64,000 bases of DNA from Candidatus Deferrimicrobiaceae bacterium (GTDB taxonomy: Bacteria; Desulfobacterota; Deferrimicrobia; Deferrimicrobiales; Deferrimicrobiaceae), in contig CAWBVY010000004.1 in assembly GCA_963792415.1 (NCBI GenBank), positions 320,001-384,000 on the forward strand. Reading direction: 5' to 3'. Below, in pieces: positions 49,129-59,759 of this stretch. A program made the position numbers and the translations under genes. The notes below the pieces were generated by a model. The model saw nothing but the letters and a program-made list of their open reading frames with translations. It did no database searches and was not told the DNA's origin. Numbering within the stretch: position 1 is the stretch's first letter; each line of letters opens with the position of its first letter.

Positions 49129-50913
49129 ATGCCCAAGATGACTGCCGCGAGCGCCGCCGTGAAAATCCTTGAAAACGAGGGTGTCAAGCACATCTTCGGC
49201 ATACCGGGGGCGGGAATCCTCCCTTTCTATCGGTCCCTCAAGGATCTCGGAACGATCAAGCACTTTCTTTGCAGGCACGAGGAGGGTTCGATCCACATGG
49301 CGGACGGGTATGCCCGCGCCATCGGGACGGTGGGCGTGTGCTCGGCGACCTCCGGCCCCGCCGCGAGCAATTTCGTGACCGGCCTGTACACCGCCCAGGT
49401 GGACTCCATCCCCGTGCTGGCGATCACCGGCCAGAATGTGAGGGCGCAGCTGGGGCGCGAGGCGTTCCAGGCGGTCGACATCGCGTCGATCGTGAAGCTG
49501 GTGACGAAGAAGTCGTACTGCGTGCAGGAGCCGGCCATGGTGCCGTGGGTGTTCCGGGAGGCGTTCCGGATCATGCGGGAAGGACGCCCCGGGCCCGTCC
49601 TGATCGATCTCCCCCTCGACGTCCAGAAGGGGGAGATCGAGTACGATCCCGAAACGGATCCGCAGCTCCCGGTCTTCAGGACGCCGCCCGACCCGAAGCA
49701 GGTGGCCAAGGCCGTGGACATGCTCCTGGCCGCTTCGAAGCCGATCATGCTGCTGGGTGGAGGGGTGATCCTGGCGGAGGCCTGCGAGGTATTCGTGAAG
49801 CTCGCCGAGCTCCTGCAGATTCCCGTCGTCACCTCGTACATGGGCAAGGGCGGGATCCCGTGGAACCATCCCCTCGCCGCCGGGCAGGTGGGGACCCAGT
49901 GCAACACCCGGCCGGGGAACCAGACGTTCCTCGAGTCCACCCTGGTGTTCGCCGTGGGCGCCCGGTTCAACGACCGCCACACGGGCGCCCTCAACGTCTA
50001 CAAGGGAAACCGGCAGTTCATCCACGTGGACGTGGACCCGGGCCAGCTCGGGAAGAACATCATGCCGGATCTCGGCATCTGCGCGGACGCCAAGCTGACC
50101 CTGGACGCGATGCTGGAAGAGATCAGGCGGCGGAACGTCAAGCCGGCGCCCGCGAAGATGGCGGTCGCGCAGCTGCGCGCCAAGCTCGAGCGGAAGACCG
50201 ACTACGACGACATTCCCATCAAGCCGCATAGGGTGTTCAAGGAGATCAACGACTTTTTCGACGACGAGACCGTGTTCGTGACCTGCATCGGACTGAACCA
50301 GATCTGGTCCGCCCAGCTGCAGAAGATCTCCAGGCCCAGGCATTACCTGGATTGCGGGGGAGCGGGGCCGCTGGGTTGGGATCTGCCGGCTTCGATCGGG
50401 GCCAAGGTCGCCCGTCCGGACAAGACGGTGGTCCAGGTGGTCGGGGATTACGGCTTCCAGTTCTGCATGGAAGAGCTCTCCGTCGCCGTCATGTACAACG
50501 TCCCCTTCGTGTGCATCGTGCTGAACAACGGGTATCTCGGGCTCATCCGCCAGGCCGAGAAGTACAACTTCGACATGGATTTCGAGGTCCAGACCTGGTA
50601 CGAAACGCTGGCCGAAGGCGCGAGCCTGGCGGTTCCGATGATGGCCGAGGGCGGCCGGAAAGGCTCCGTCGGGGTGGTCGATTCCCCCAAGGGCCGGGTC
50701 GAGCCGGAAAACCAGGGTCGGGGATTCGATTTCGTGAAGTTCGCGGAGGCGTGCGGGGCCACGGGGGAGCGCGTTACGGACCCGAAGGAGATCCGCGGCG
50801 CGTTCGAGCGGGCCGTGAAATCCGGAAGGCCCTACGTGATCGACGTCGTCATGGAGCGGAATACCGACGCTTCGATGGGTCTCTCGCTCGACGCCGTCAA
50901 GGAATTCGAATAA
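49129..50913 (+). CDS. gcl: Glyoxylate carboligase-like ThDP enzyme
   Basis: MADGYAR, EAFQAVDI, GRPGPVLIDLP, AGPLGW, GDYGFQF..EEL, NNGYLGLIRQ; garR lies nearby. Confidence 0.82.
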   Translation: MPKMTAASAAVKILENEGVKHIFGIPGAGILPFYRSLKDLGTIKHFLCRHEEGSIHMADGYARAIGTVGVCSATSGPAASNFVTGLYTAQVDSIPVLAITGQNVRAQLGREAFQAVDIASIVKLVTKKSYCVQEPAMVPWVFREAFRIMREGRPGPVLIDLPLDVQKGEIEYDPETDPQLPVFRTPPDPKQVAKAVDMLLAASKPIMLLGGGVILAEACEVFVKLAELLQIPVVTSYMGKGGIPWNHPLAAGQVGTQCNTRPGNQTFLESTLVFAVGARFNDRHTGALNVYKGNRQFIHVDVDPGQLGKNIMPDLGICADAKLTLDAMLEEIRRRNVKPAPAKMAVAQLRAKLERKTDYDDIPIKPHRVFKEINDFFDDETVFVTCIGLNQIWSAQLQKISRPRHYLDCGGAGPLGWDLPASIGAKVARPDKTVVQVVGDYGFQFCMEELSVAVMYNVPFVCIVLNNGYLGLIRQAEKYNFDMDFEVQTWYETLAEGASLAVPMMAEGGRKGSVGVVDSPKGRVEPENQGRGFDFVKFAEACGATGERVTDPKEIRGAFERAVKSGRPYVIDVVMERNTDASMGLSLDAVKEFE

Positions 50914-50938
50914 GGATCCGACAACGGGGGAACAGGCC

Positions 50939-52222
50939 ATGGCAGAGATAAAGGAACGGGCGTACGCCGTACTGAAGGAATTCAAGGGGGATGCGTACGT
51001 TTTCGGAAGCGGCGCGCTGGACACCGCCCCGGGGAAGTTCGCCGCGGAGTTCGGCAGGAAGGCCCTGTTCGTCGGGCCGATCGACGCGGCGTGGTTCCGG
51101 CCGGTCCGGGAGCGGGTGCTGCGGTCGCTGGAGGTGGCCGGGGTGGAGGTGCTCGAATCCGTGCAGTCCGCCGGACCGAACGCCCCCTTCGAGGACGTCT
51201 ATCGCATTCTCGGCCGGATCAGGGAAAGGAAACCGGACGTCCTGGTCGTGGCGGACGGCGGCTCCGGGATCGATGCCGTAAAAGCGGCAGCGGTGCTGGC
51301 GACGTTCGGGGAGACCCATTCCGAAATCGATCCGTTCTTCGGGGTGGGGCAGGTGACCGAGGTGTGCAAAAAAACCGGCCGTTCCGTGATGCCGGTGGTG
51401 GCCGTCATGATGGCCGCCAGTTCCGGGGCGCACCTGACCAAGTACGCCAACATCACCGACCTGGCCAAGGGACAGAAGAAACTCATCGTGGACGAGGCGA
51501 TCGTCCCGCCGCGCGCCGTGTTCGACTACGACGTGACCACCACCCAGCCGATGAGCCTGACCCTGGACGGGGGACTGGACGGGATCGCGCACTGCCTGGA
51601 GGTCTACTTCGGAGCCGCGTCCGCCGTCCGGGACCGGGCAAGGGAGGTCGCGGAGCTCGGCATCGAACTCGTCATCAAGGGCCTCACCGAGGTGAAGAAG
51701 GACGCCGCCGGGAAGGAGGCCCGGACCCTGCTGGGGCTGGGCACGGACCTGGGCGGCTACGCCATCATGATCGGCGGCACGTCGGGGGCCCATCTTTCCA
51801 GCTTCTCGCTGGTCGATGTGCTGAGCCACGGACGGGCGTGCGCCCTGATGAACCCGTACTACACCGTGTTTTTCGCTCCGGCCATCCAGGAGCAGCTGAA
51901 GGTGATCGGACGCATCTACGCGAAGTACGGGTACGCGGAGAAGAACGTGGATTCCCTCTCCGGCAGGGAGCTGGGGGTGGCCGTGGCCGAGGCGATGGTC
52001 CGTTTCAGCCGGTTCCTGGAATTCCCCACGCGCTTAAGCGACGTGAAGGGGGTCGGCCGGGAGCATATAGAGCGGTGCCTCACGGCCGCCAAGAACCCGC
52101 AGCTGGACATGAAGCTCCGGAACATGCCGGTGCCGCTGAACGCGGGCACGGTGGATCAGTACATGGGGCCGATCCTCGAGGCCGCCTGGACGGGGGACTT
52201 CGGGAACATAAGGAACATGTAG
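50939..52222 (+). CDS. Iron-containing alcohol dehydrogenase family protein
   Basis: DGGSGIDAVK; metal ligands in DGIAHCLE, GAHL and SHGRAC. Confidence 0.82.
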   Translation: MAEIKERAYAVLKEFKGDAYVFGSGALDTAPGKFAAEFGRKALFVGPIDAAWFRPVRERVLRSLEVAGVEVLESVQSAGPNAPFEDVYRILGRIRERKPDVLVVADGGSGIDAVKAAAVLATFGETHSEIDPFFGVGQVTEVCKKTGRSVMPVVAVMMAASSGAHLTKYANITDLAKGQKKLIVDEAIVPPRAVFDYDVTTTQPMSLTLDGGLDGIAHCLEVYFGAASAVRDRAREVAELGIELVIKGLTEVKKDAAGKEARTLLGLGTDLGGYAIMIGGTSGAHLSSFSLVDVLSHGRACALMNPYYTVFFAPAIQEQLKVIGRIYAKYGYAEKNVDSLSGRELGVAVAEAMVRFSRFLEFPTRLSDVKGVGREHIERCLTAAKNPQLDMKLRNMPVPLNAGTVDQYMGPILEAAWTGDFGNIRNM

Positions 52223-52239
52223 GGACAGGGGATCCGTCC

Positions 52240-53523
52240 ATGAACGTCGACCTCTTGTACGGACGAAAGACCCTGACGGTCCGGCTGCCGGACGATCTCC
52301 GGGTCACGGTGATCGGCAAGCATCCGATGGATCCCGTCCGGGAACCGGTCCGGGCCGTGAAGGAGGCGCTGGAGAACCCGGTGGGGTCCCCGCCGCTTTC
52401 GGAGATGGCGCGCGGCCGGAAGAGCGCCTGCATCCTCATCTGCGACATCACGCGGCCCGTGCCCAACGGCACGCTGCTCCCGCCCCTCATCGAGACGATC
52501 ACCGGGGCCGGCATCCCCAGGGAGAACATCCTGATCCTCGTGGCCACCGGGTTGCACCGCCCCAACGAGGGGGAGGAGCTCCGGGAGATCATCGGCTCGG
52601 AGGAGGTGTTCCGGACCGTCCGCGCCGAGAACCACTTCGCCCGGGACCGGGGTGCCCACGCGGACCTCGGGAAAACGCGCCGGGGGATCCCGATCCTGAT
52701 CGACCGGCGCTTCCTCGAGGCCGACCTGAAAATCGTCACCGGCCTGGTGGAGCCCCACTTCATGGCCGGGTACTCCGGAGGCCGCAAGGTGGTCGCCCCG
52801 GGGGTCGCCCACCAGGACACCATCCTGGCGTTCCACGTTCCGAATCTCCTCGAGCATCCCAACTCCGCCAATTGCGTCATCGAGGGAAATCCCCTGCACG
52901 AGGAGCAGATCGAAATCGTCCGGGCCATCGGCGGGATCGTGGCGCTGAACGTCGCCATCGACGAGAAGCGGCGGATCGGATTCGTCAATTTCGGCGAGAT
53001 CGAGGCCAGCCACCGCGAAGCGGTGGAGTACATGCGGAAGTGCGCGGAGGTTGCCGTCCCCCGCCGTTTCCGCACCGTCGTCACGTCCAGCGCGGGGTAT
53101 CCCCTGGACAGGACGTACTACCAGACCGTCAAGGGGATGGTGAGCGCCCTCGACATCCTCGAACCCGGGGGGACCATCATCATCGCAAGCGAGTGCTCGG
53201 AGGGGATGGGGAGCGACGAATTCGTCGCCGCCCAGCGGTTGCTGCTCGAGACGGGGCCGGACCGGTTCCTGTCCGTGCTGGGAAGCCGCGACCGGGCACT
53301 GGTCGACGAATGGCAGACCGAGATGCTGCTCAAGGCCCTGCGGGTCGGGACCGTCAAGCTCTATACCACGGGGCTGGGGAAGGAAGGCCTGAAGGACGTG
53401 GGCGTGGAAACGGTTTCCTCGGTGGAGGAGGCGGTCGCCGAAAGCGTCAAGGCCCACGGCGACCCGGACATCGCCGTGGTGCCGGAAGGCCCGTACGTGA
53501 TCCCGCTCTATTCCGGTTCCTAG
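52240..53523 (+). CDS. Nickel-pincer-dependent LarA-family racemase/epimerase
   Basis: DITRP, ATGLHR, EPHFMAGYSGGRK and YQTVKG motifs. Confidence 0.9.
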   Translation: MNVDLLYGRKTLTVRLPDDLRVTVIGKHPMDPVREPVRAVKEALENPVGSPPLSEMARGRKSACILICDITRPVPNGTLLPPLIETITGAGIPRENILILVATGLHRPNEGEELREIIGSEEVFRTVRAENHFARDRGAHADLGKTRRGIPILIDRRFLEADLKIVTGLVEPHFMAGYSGGRKVVAPGVAHQDTILAFHVPNLLEHPNSANCVIEGNPLHEEQIEIVRAIGGIVALNVAIDEKRRIGFVNFGEIEASHREAVEYMRKCAEVAVPRRFRTVVTSSAGYPLDRTYYQTVKGMVSALDILEPGGTIIIASECSEGMGSDEFVAAQRLLLETGPDRFLSVLGSRDRALVDEWQTEMLLKALRVGTVKLYTTGLGKEGLKDVGVETVSSVEEAVAESVKAHGDPDIAVVPEGPYVIPLYSGS

Positions 53524-53542
53524 TGCAGCGGAGGAGGGAAGA

Positions 53543-54503
53543 ATGAAGCCCGTGATCCTGGTTACCCGCAAGCTGCCGGATGCCGTCGAGGAGCGTCTCC
53601 GACGGGACTACGACCCCCGCCTGAATCCCGGAGACGTCCTCTATTCCGCGGACGAGCTGATCGAACGGGCCAAGGACGTCGACGCCATCCTTCCCTGCCA
53701 CACGGAGAAATTCACCGCGGAAGTGATCGCCCGGTTGCCCGGGCGCGTGCGCGCCATCGCGAATTTCTCCGTCGGCTACGACCACGTGGACGTGAAGGCC
53801 GCAAAGGCCCGGGGGATCATCGTCACGAACACCCCCGAGGTGCTGTCCGACGCCACGGCGGAGCTGACCATGATGCTCCTGCTGGGCGCGGCGCGGCGGG
53901 CGAGCGAGGGGGAACGGCTGGTCCGGACCGCTGCGTGGAAGGACTGGAGCCCCGCCTTCATGGTGGGCACCCAGGTGACGGGGAAGCGGCTCGGGATTCT
54001 CGGGTTCGGACGGATCGGGCAGGTCGTGGCGAAGCGGGCCCGCGGGTTCGACATGGAAATCCACTATCACGACGTGCGCAGGGCGACGCCGGACGCTGGA
54101 GGCGGGCGCGATCTTCCACCCGACGCCCGAGGCGCTGATGCCGCACTGCGATTTCCTGACGCTCCACTGCGTGTCCACGCCGGAAACCTTCCGGTTGCTC
54201 AACGCCGCGCGGATCGCGCTGCTGCCGGACGGGGCGATCGTCGTCAACGCGAGCCGCGGCGCGGTGGTCGACGACGAGGCGCTGATCGGGGCGTTAAAAT
54301 CCGGGAAGCTGACGGCGGCCGGCCTGGACGTCTACACGAACGAGCCGGACATCCATCCGGGGTACCGGGATCTGCCCAACGTGTTCCTGATGCCGCACAT
54401 CGCCAGCGCCACGAAGGAGACGCGGGACGCCATGGGGTTCCGGGCGCTCGACAACCTGGATGCCGTCTTCGCCGGGCGGGAACCCCGCGACCGCGTGGCC
54501 TGA
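53543..54503 (+). CDS. D-2-hydroxyacid dehydrogenase (glyoxylate/hydroxypyruvate reductase-like); apparent frameshift near 54095
   Basis: SVGYDHVD, TNTPEVL and GFGRIG in one frame; VNASRG, GLDVY.EP and PHIASAT in the next. Confidence 0.88.
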
Positions 54504-54533
54504 GGGCGCCGCCTTCGGGTCGTCGGACAGGGC

Positions 54534-54732
54534 TTACTTGCGGGGAGGATTCATCTTCCTCCAGTATCGATGTGACAAAGTCGTATATCAGGAGGGCGAG
54601 GGTTCCGACGGTGATGATCCAGACCGGGAGGGATTTCGCGAACCCGAGGGCGAAATACAGCCGGATGGGGTAATAGAGAAAGAACGCAACCGCCATTGCC
54701 ACCGCGATCGCTCCCGTGATGATGTTGCTCAT
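54534..54732 (-). CDS. Small two-TM hypothetical membrane protein
   Basis: GGAGG RBS; MSNIITGAIAVAMAVAFF..LPVWIITVGTLALLIYDF. As written the ORF runs on to 54244 across the opposite gene; the true stop is probably the TAA at 54534 after an indel. Confidence 0.6.
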
Positions 54733-54766
54733 TGTGCCACTGCCTCCTTTCCTGCGTTCGATTCCA

Positions 54767-56100
54767 TCATGTGCGGTTCACGAGCCAGCGGGCCGTCCGC
54801 AGCAGCCGGGCGTCGTCCCCCTTGGCCCCCACCAGCTGCACGCCGATCGGCATGCCGTGGGCGCCCTGCATCATGGGAAGGGTGATCGCGGGCATCCCGC
54901 ACAGCGTCCATAGGGTGCAGAAGATCGGGCTTCCCGTCGATTCCAGTCCGACGGGGGCCTCGCCGGTGGTGGCGGGGGTGAGGATGGCGTCGTGCCACTC
55001 GAAGATCTTGTCGAGCGCGTGGTTCAAGGCCGGGATCTGGCTCAACGCGCGGTTGTACTCCACGGCCAGCACCTTCCGCCCCCGCTCGATCATCTCCCGC
55101 AGGATGGGACTCAGCCGGTCCTTGCCGTCCGCATATTCCCGCTCGAAGCTCCGGGCGAGGTCCGCCTCCATGATCGTGCGGTGCAGGTCGACCGCCTCGT
55201 CGAACAGCTCCGGAAGCACGACCTCGCCGGCGCTCTCCCCCAGGTGCGCGACCAGTTCCGCGAACGCCTCCTTCGTGTCTTCGTCGGCCGTGTCCCCACG
55301 CCGGCGTCTTGACGAACGCCAGGCGCGGGTCGATCGGGGGATCTTCGACCGCCGTCTTGCGGAGGGCGGGGCGCGCCCGCGGACGCGTGTCGGGATCGCG
55401 GTCGTCGAAGGCCATCATCTGCTCCGCGATCAGCGCCGCGTCCTCGACGGTCCGCGCGAACACGCCGACCTGGTCCAGGGGCCGCGACTGCTGGAGCACC
55501 AGATGCCTGGAGATCAGGCCGTGGCTCGGCTTGTACCCGTAGACCCCGCAGTAGGAAGCCGGGCGGATGACGGATCCGTTGGACTGGGTGCCGATGGCGA
55601 GAGGCGCCATGAACGCCGCCACGGCCGCCGCGGAGCCGCTCGAGGAGCCGCCGGGGGTGCGCGAGGGGTCGTGCGGATTCCGGGTCTTTCCCGGCGAGAT
55701 AGACCGCAAGCTCGGTGGTGACGGTCTTTCCCAGCAGGATCGCGCCCGCCTCGCGGAGCAGGGCGACGGCGGTGGCGTCTTCCATCGGCCGATGTCCGGC
55801 GTGCAGGACCGTGCCGTCCTCGGTCGGCATGTCCTTCGTGTCGAAGATGTCCTTGACCCCCACCGGAACGCCGTGGAGCGGACCGAGCGCCTTCCCTTCC
55901 CGCCGCGCCAGGTCCGCCGCGCGCGCCTGGTCCAGGGCATGACCGGGGTCCAGGTGCGCCCAGGCGCCGATCCGCTCCTCGAGCGCCGCGATGCGGTCGA
56001 GGCAGGCGCCCACCAGCGCTTCGGAGGTGATCCGGCCGTCGCGGATCGCCCCGGCCGCCTCGACGGCGCTCAGGAGGGTCGGATCCGTCGTTGTGTTCAT
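54767..56100 (-). CDS. Amidase-signature family enzyme; apparent frameshifts near 55698 and 55289
   Basis: LHGVPVGVKD, TPGGSSSGSAAAVA, GTQSNGSVIRPASYCG and MPIGVQLVG across three frames. Confidence 0.87.
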
Positions 56101-56113
56101 CGGGGACACGGGG

Positions 56114-57473
56114 TCACCTGGCAACGCCGTAGACGATGTCGGGCAGCCACGTCACGATGACCGGGAAAACGTAGACGATGACCATGCAGAGCAGGACCAT
56201 CCCCAGGAACGGCAGCGACCCCTTGAAGATCGTCGTCAGCTGGATGTGCGGCGGCGCGATCCCCTTGAGGTAGTAGCACGACATCGCCATCGGCGGCGTC
56301 AGGAACGAGGTCTGCAGGTTCAGCGCGATGAGGATCCCGAAGAAGAGCGGGTCGATCCCGAAATGGTCCAGCAGCGGCAGGAAGATCGGCACGAAGATGA
56401 TGATGATCTCGCTCCATTCCAGCGGCCAGCCCAGGAGGAAGATGATGAACTGCGCCAGGATCAGGAACTGGATGGGCGATATGTTCAGGGTCTGCACGAA
56501 CTCCCGGATGAGCTCGTGGCCGCCGAGGTAGGAAAAGACCGAGGAGAAGGTCCAGGAGCCGACGAAGAGCCAGCACACCATGGCCGAGGTGCGCGTCGTC
56601 AGGTAGATCGATTCCTTCAGGCGCGTCCACGTGAGCTCGCGGTAGGCCGCGGCGAGGAGGATGCTGCCGAGCGCGCCGACCGCCGCCGCCTCCGACGGGG
56701 TCGCCAGCCCGCCGATGATGGAGCCGAGCACCGCCAGGATCAGGACGGCCAGCGGGACGACGGAGGTCAGCAGCCGGGTGTACAGCTCCTTTCTGGGGAT
56801 GTCCCAGTCTTCCTTCGGCGGCTTCGGGGCCAGCTTGGGGTTGATGACCACCCGGATGATCACGTAGGTGATGTAGAGGCCGGCCAGCATGAATCCGGGG
56901 AGGAACGCCGCGGAGTACAGGCGGACCACGGAGACCCCGGAGATCGCCCCGTACACGATCAGCAGGATGCTCGGCGGGATCATGATGCCGAGGCAGCCGC
57001 CGGCGCAGATGACGCCGGCGGACAGCGTCTCGTCGTAGCCGGCTTTCAGCAGGGCCGGGAAGGCCAGCAGTCCCATCAGCGTCACCACGGCGCCGACGAT
57101 GCCGACGGCGGTGGCGAAGATCGCGCAGGTGATCAGCGCCGCCACGGCCATGGCGCCGGGCACCTTGCGGGCGGCGATGTTCAGGGTGAAGAAGAGCCGC
57201 TCCACGACGTTCGAGCGCTCGATGATGTAGCCCATGAACAGGAAGAGCGGCACCGCGACCAGCACGTCGTTGATCATGACGGAATACGTCTGGTTCACCA
57301 GGAGGTCGAAGATCTGGTTCTGGAAGATGTGGCTCATCTGGTCGGGCGTGGCGTACGCGTAGTAGCCGAAGACCGACGCCCAGCGCGACCAGCGTGAAGC
57401 AGATGGGAAAGCCCAGGAAGATCGAGACGACGAAGGACCCCATCATTACCATGGCGACCTGGGGATGGGTCAT
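56114..57473 (-). CDS. TRAP transporter large permease DctM; apparent frameshift near 57373
   Basis: AVPLFLFMG, GIMIPPSI, ATPSEAAA and SFLTPP motifs. Confidence 0.9.
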
Positions 57474-58147
57474 TTCGTGCCCTCGTTTCCTTCGCCGCCC
57501 TGCGGGGCGGCTTTCTGCGCTTCCAGTTCCTCTTTCCGTTTCTCGCGCTTCCATCTGCTTCCTGGTGTTCACGGATGAGCTGCGTTTCCAGTTCCTCCAC
57601 GTCCTTCAGGCGCTGCGGCCACGCCCCGGTCCGCAGGCACTGGACGCAGCGGATGGTTTCCGCGATCCCCTGGAGCACCAGCAGGAACGCGGCTATGGGA
57701 AGGATCGTTTTCAGGGGAGAGACCGGCACCCCCACGGGACTGTTGATGCTGACCTCCCCCACCAGTCCTCCGATGCCGTACGGCCTGTAGGCCCAGGATT
57801 CGGCCGCGTACACGTACCCGGCGTAGACCAGCGCCAGCATCCCGGGGAAGAAGAAGAGGAAGTAGAGCACCAGATCGATTCCCGCCTGCACGCGCGGGGG
57901 GAAGAGCCGATAGAGGAAGTCCCCGCGCACGTGGGCTTTTTGGGAGAGGGCGTAGGCCCCCGCCATCATGAACATGGCCCCGTACATGATGTAGGCCAGG
58001 TCGAAGGCCCACGCGGTGGGATTCCGCACGACGTAACGGACGAACACCTCGTAGCTGGTGGCGAAGGTCAGGATCAGCATGGACCAGGCGAAGGCCTTTG
58101 CCCACCCATTGGGACAGGTGATCGATGAACAACAGCACGCGCTCCAT
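57470..58147 (-). CDS. TRAP transporter small permease DctQ; apparent frameshifts near 58098 and 57550
   Basis: YEVFVRY..PTAWAFD and HVRGDFLY motifs; 4 TM helices. Confidence 0.85.
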
Positions 58148-58261
58148 GGGTTCACCCTTCGATGAGATTTCGGTTGCTCACAGAAAAGGGTGGCGCGGCG
58201 CCCTCTTCGGCGTCGCGCCAACCCTTTGTCCGGCCATTCCACTCCGTTACAAACGGAGGTG

Positions 58262-59424
58262 TTAGAACCCCGCCTTCTTCAGCTCGCCGGGGAAGTAATG
58301 GTCGAAGGCCATCTTGTAGTCGCACGAGTTGAGGAGATCGTAGTACGCGAGGCGGTGCGCGAAGGCCTTCTGCGACGCCACGACCTTCTTGAAGAACGGG
58401 TCCTTCTCGAGGTCCGGCAGGATCTTGTCCCAGGCGGCGAGCTGCGCCTTCATGACGGAGTTCGGCGTCCGGTAGACATCGACCTTCGCCTTTTCCCGCA
58501 GCCACAGGAGATCCGCGGAGTACCGGTCCTGCCCCTTCCAGTAGCCGTTCGAGGACGCCGCCTCGGCCGCGTATTTCAGGATCGCCTTGTGTTCCGCCGG
58601 CAGGGCGTCGAACTTCGTCTTGTTGAAGATGATCTCGAAGTACTCCGCCGCCTGGTGGTAGCTGCCCAGCATGTACACCTTGCTCACGTCCTGGGCGCCG
58701 AAGGATCTGTCGGAGGTCGGGTTGTTGAACTCGAACGCCTCGATCACGCCGCGCTCCAGGGCCGGGACGATCTCGCCGCCGGGGAGCTGGGTGACCTTCA
58801 CTGCCCATCGCCTGGAACAGGTCGGCCGCCAGGCCCACGGTGCGGTACTTGAGGCCCACCAGATCCTTGGCGTCCGTGATCCGCTTCTTGAACCACCCGA
58901 GAGGCTGGGTCGGCATCGGGAAGGCGAAGAACCCCGACGATGTTGAGCCCCAGGGCCTTGAGAAGTTCGTCGTAGAGCTGCCTGGCCGCCGCCGTAATAG
59001 ATCCAGGCGAGGCCCTGGTGGGCGTTCTGGCCGAAGACGGGCCCCGTGCCGAACAGCGACGCCACCTTGCTCTTCCCGTACCAGTAGACGGACACCGGTG
59101 CCCGGCGTCGAGCACGCCCTTGTTGACGGCGTCCATCACCTGGAACGGCTTGACCACGGCGCCGGCGACCAGGTAGTCGATCTTCAGCCGTCCGCCGGCC
59201 ATTTCATTGACGCGCTTGACGTAGTCCTCGGCGTATTCGTTGAAGATGTCCTTCGCACCCCAGGCGCCCTGCATCTTCAGGGTGACCGTCTGGGCCCTGG
59301 ACACCATCGGGAAGCCCAGTGCGGCTACCCCGGCGGCGCCCGCTGCTGCCGTCTTGAGGAACGTGCGACGGCCGGTCTTCACTTCCTCTTTCTTGGCAAC
59401 TACTTTGGTCTTTTCTTCCTTCAT
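58262..59424 (-). CDS. TRAP substrate-binding protein DctP (TakP-like, TAT-exported); several apparent frameshifts at 58800-59095
   Basis: GRRTFLK TAT motif; MAGGRLKI, YWYGK, QPLGWF, GLKYR and LPGGEIVPALERGVIEAFEF in different frames. Confidence 0.85.
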
Positions 59425-59617
59425 CCCTTTACCCCCTATTGAAGAGTTCATTGGGGTGGTGCACCCAATGCTTGCCGCAGCCAACGGAGTACAACCCTCT
59501 AAACGGTAACCGCTGTCGACCGGCGTACGATCCTGCTCTTGAGAGAGACGGAATAAGTCATCTCGACAGGAAAAACGCCGTTCCGCCTTCGTACTATTTT
59601 GTCAGCTCTTATGAATG

Positions 59618-59644
59618 AATATGGTGTCTGAAACATTGTGTCAA
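59618..59644 (-). promoter_or_regulatory. Possible sigma70 promoter for the TRAP-amidase operon
   Basis: Perfect TTGACA on the minus strand (59644-59639) in an AT-rich spacer; the -10 candidate (CATATT or TATTCA) is weak. Confidence 0.35.
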
Positions 59645-59759
59645 GGATTTTTTCCGGGGCACCGGGTATCATATGAAACGAGGGTTGATTTCGGATGGGC
59701 ATAGCGAATACATTAGTCTGCGTATTTTCCCCGATTTCCGGACAAGGAGGTTCTTATTA

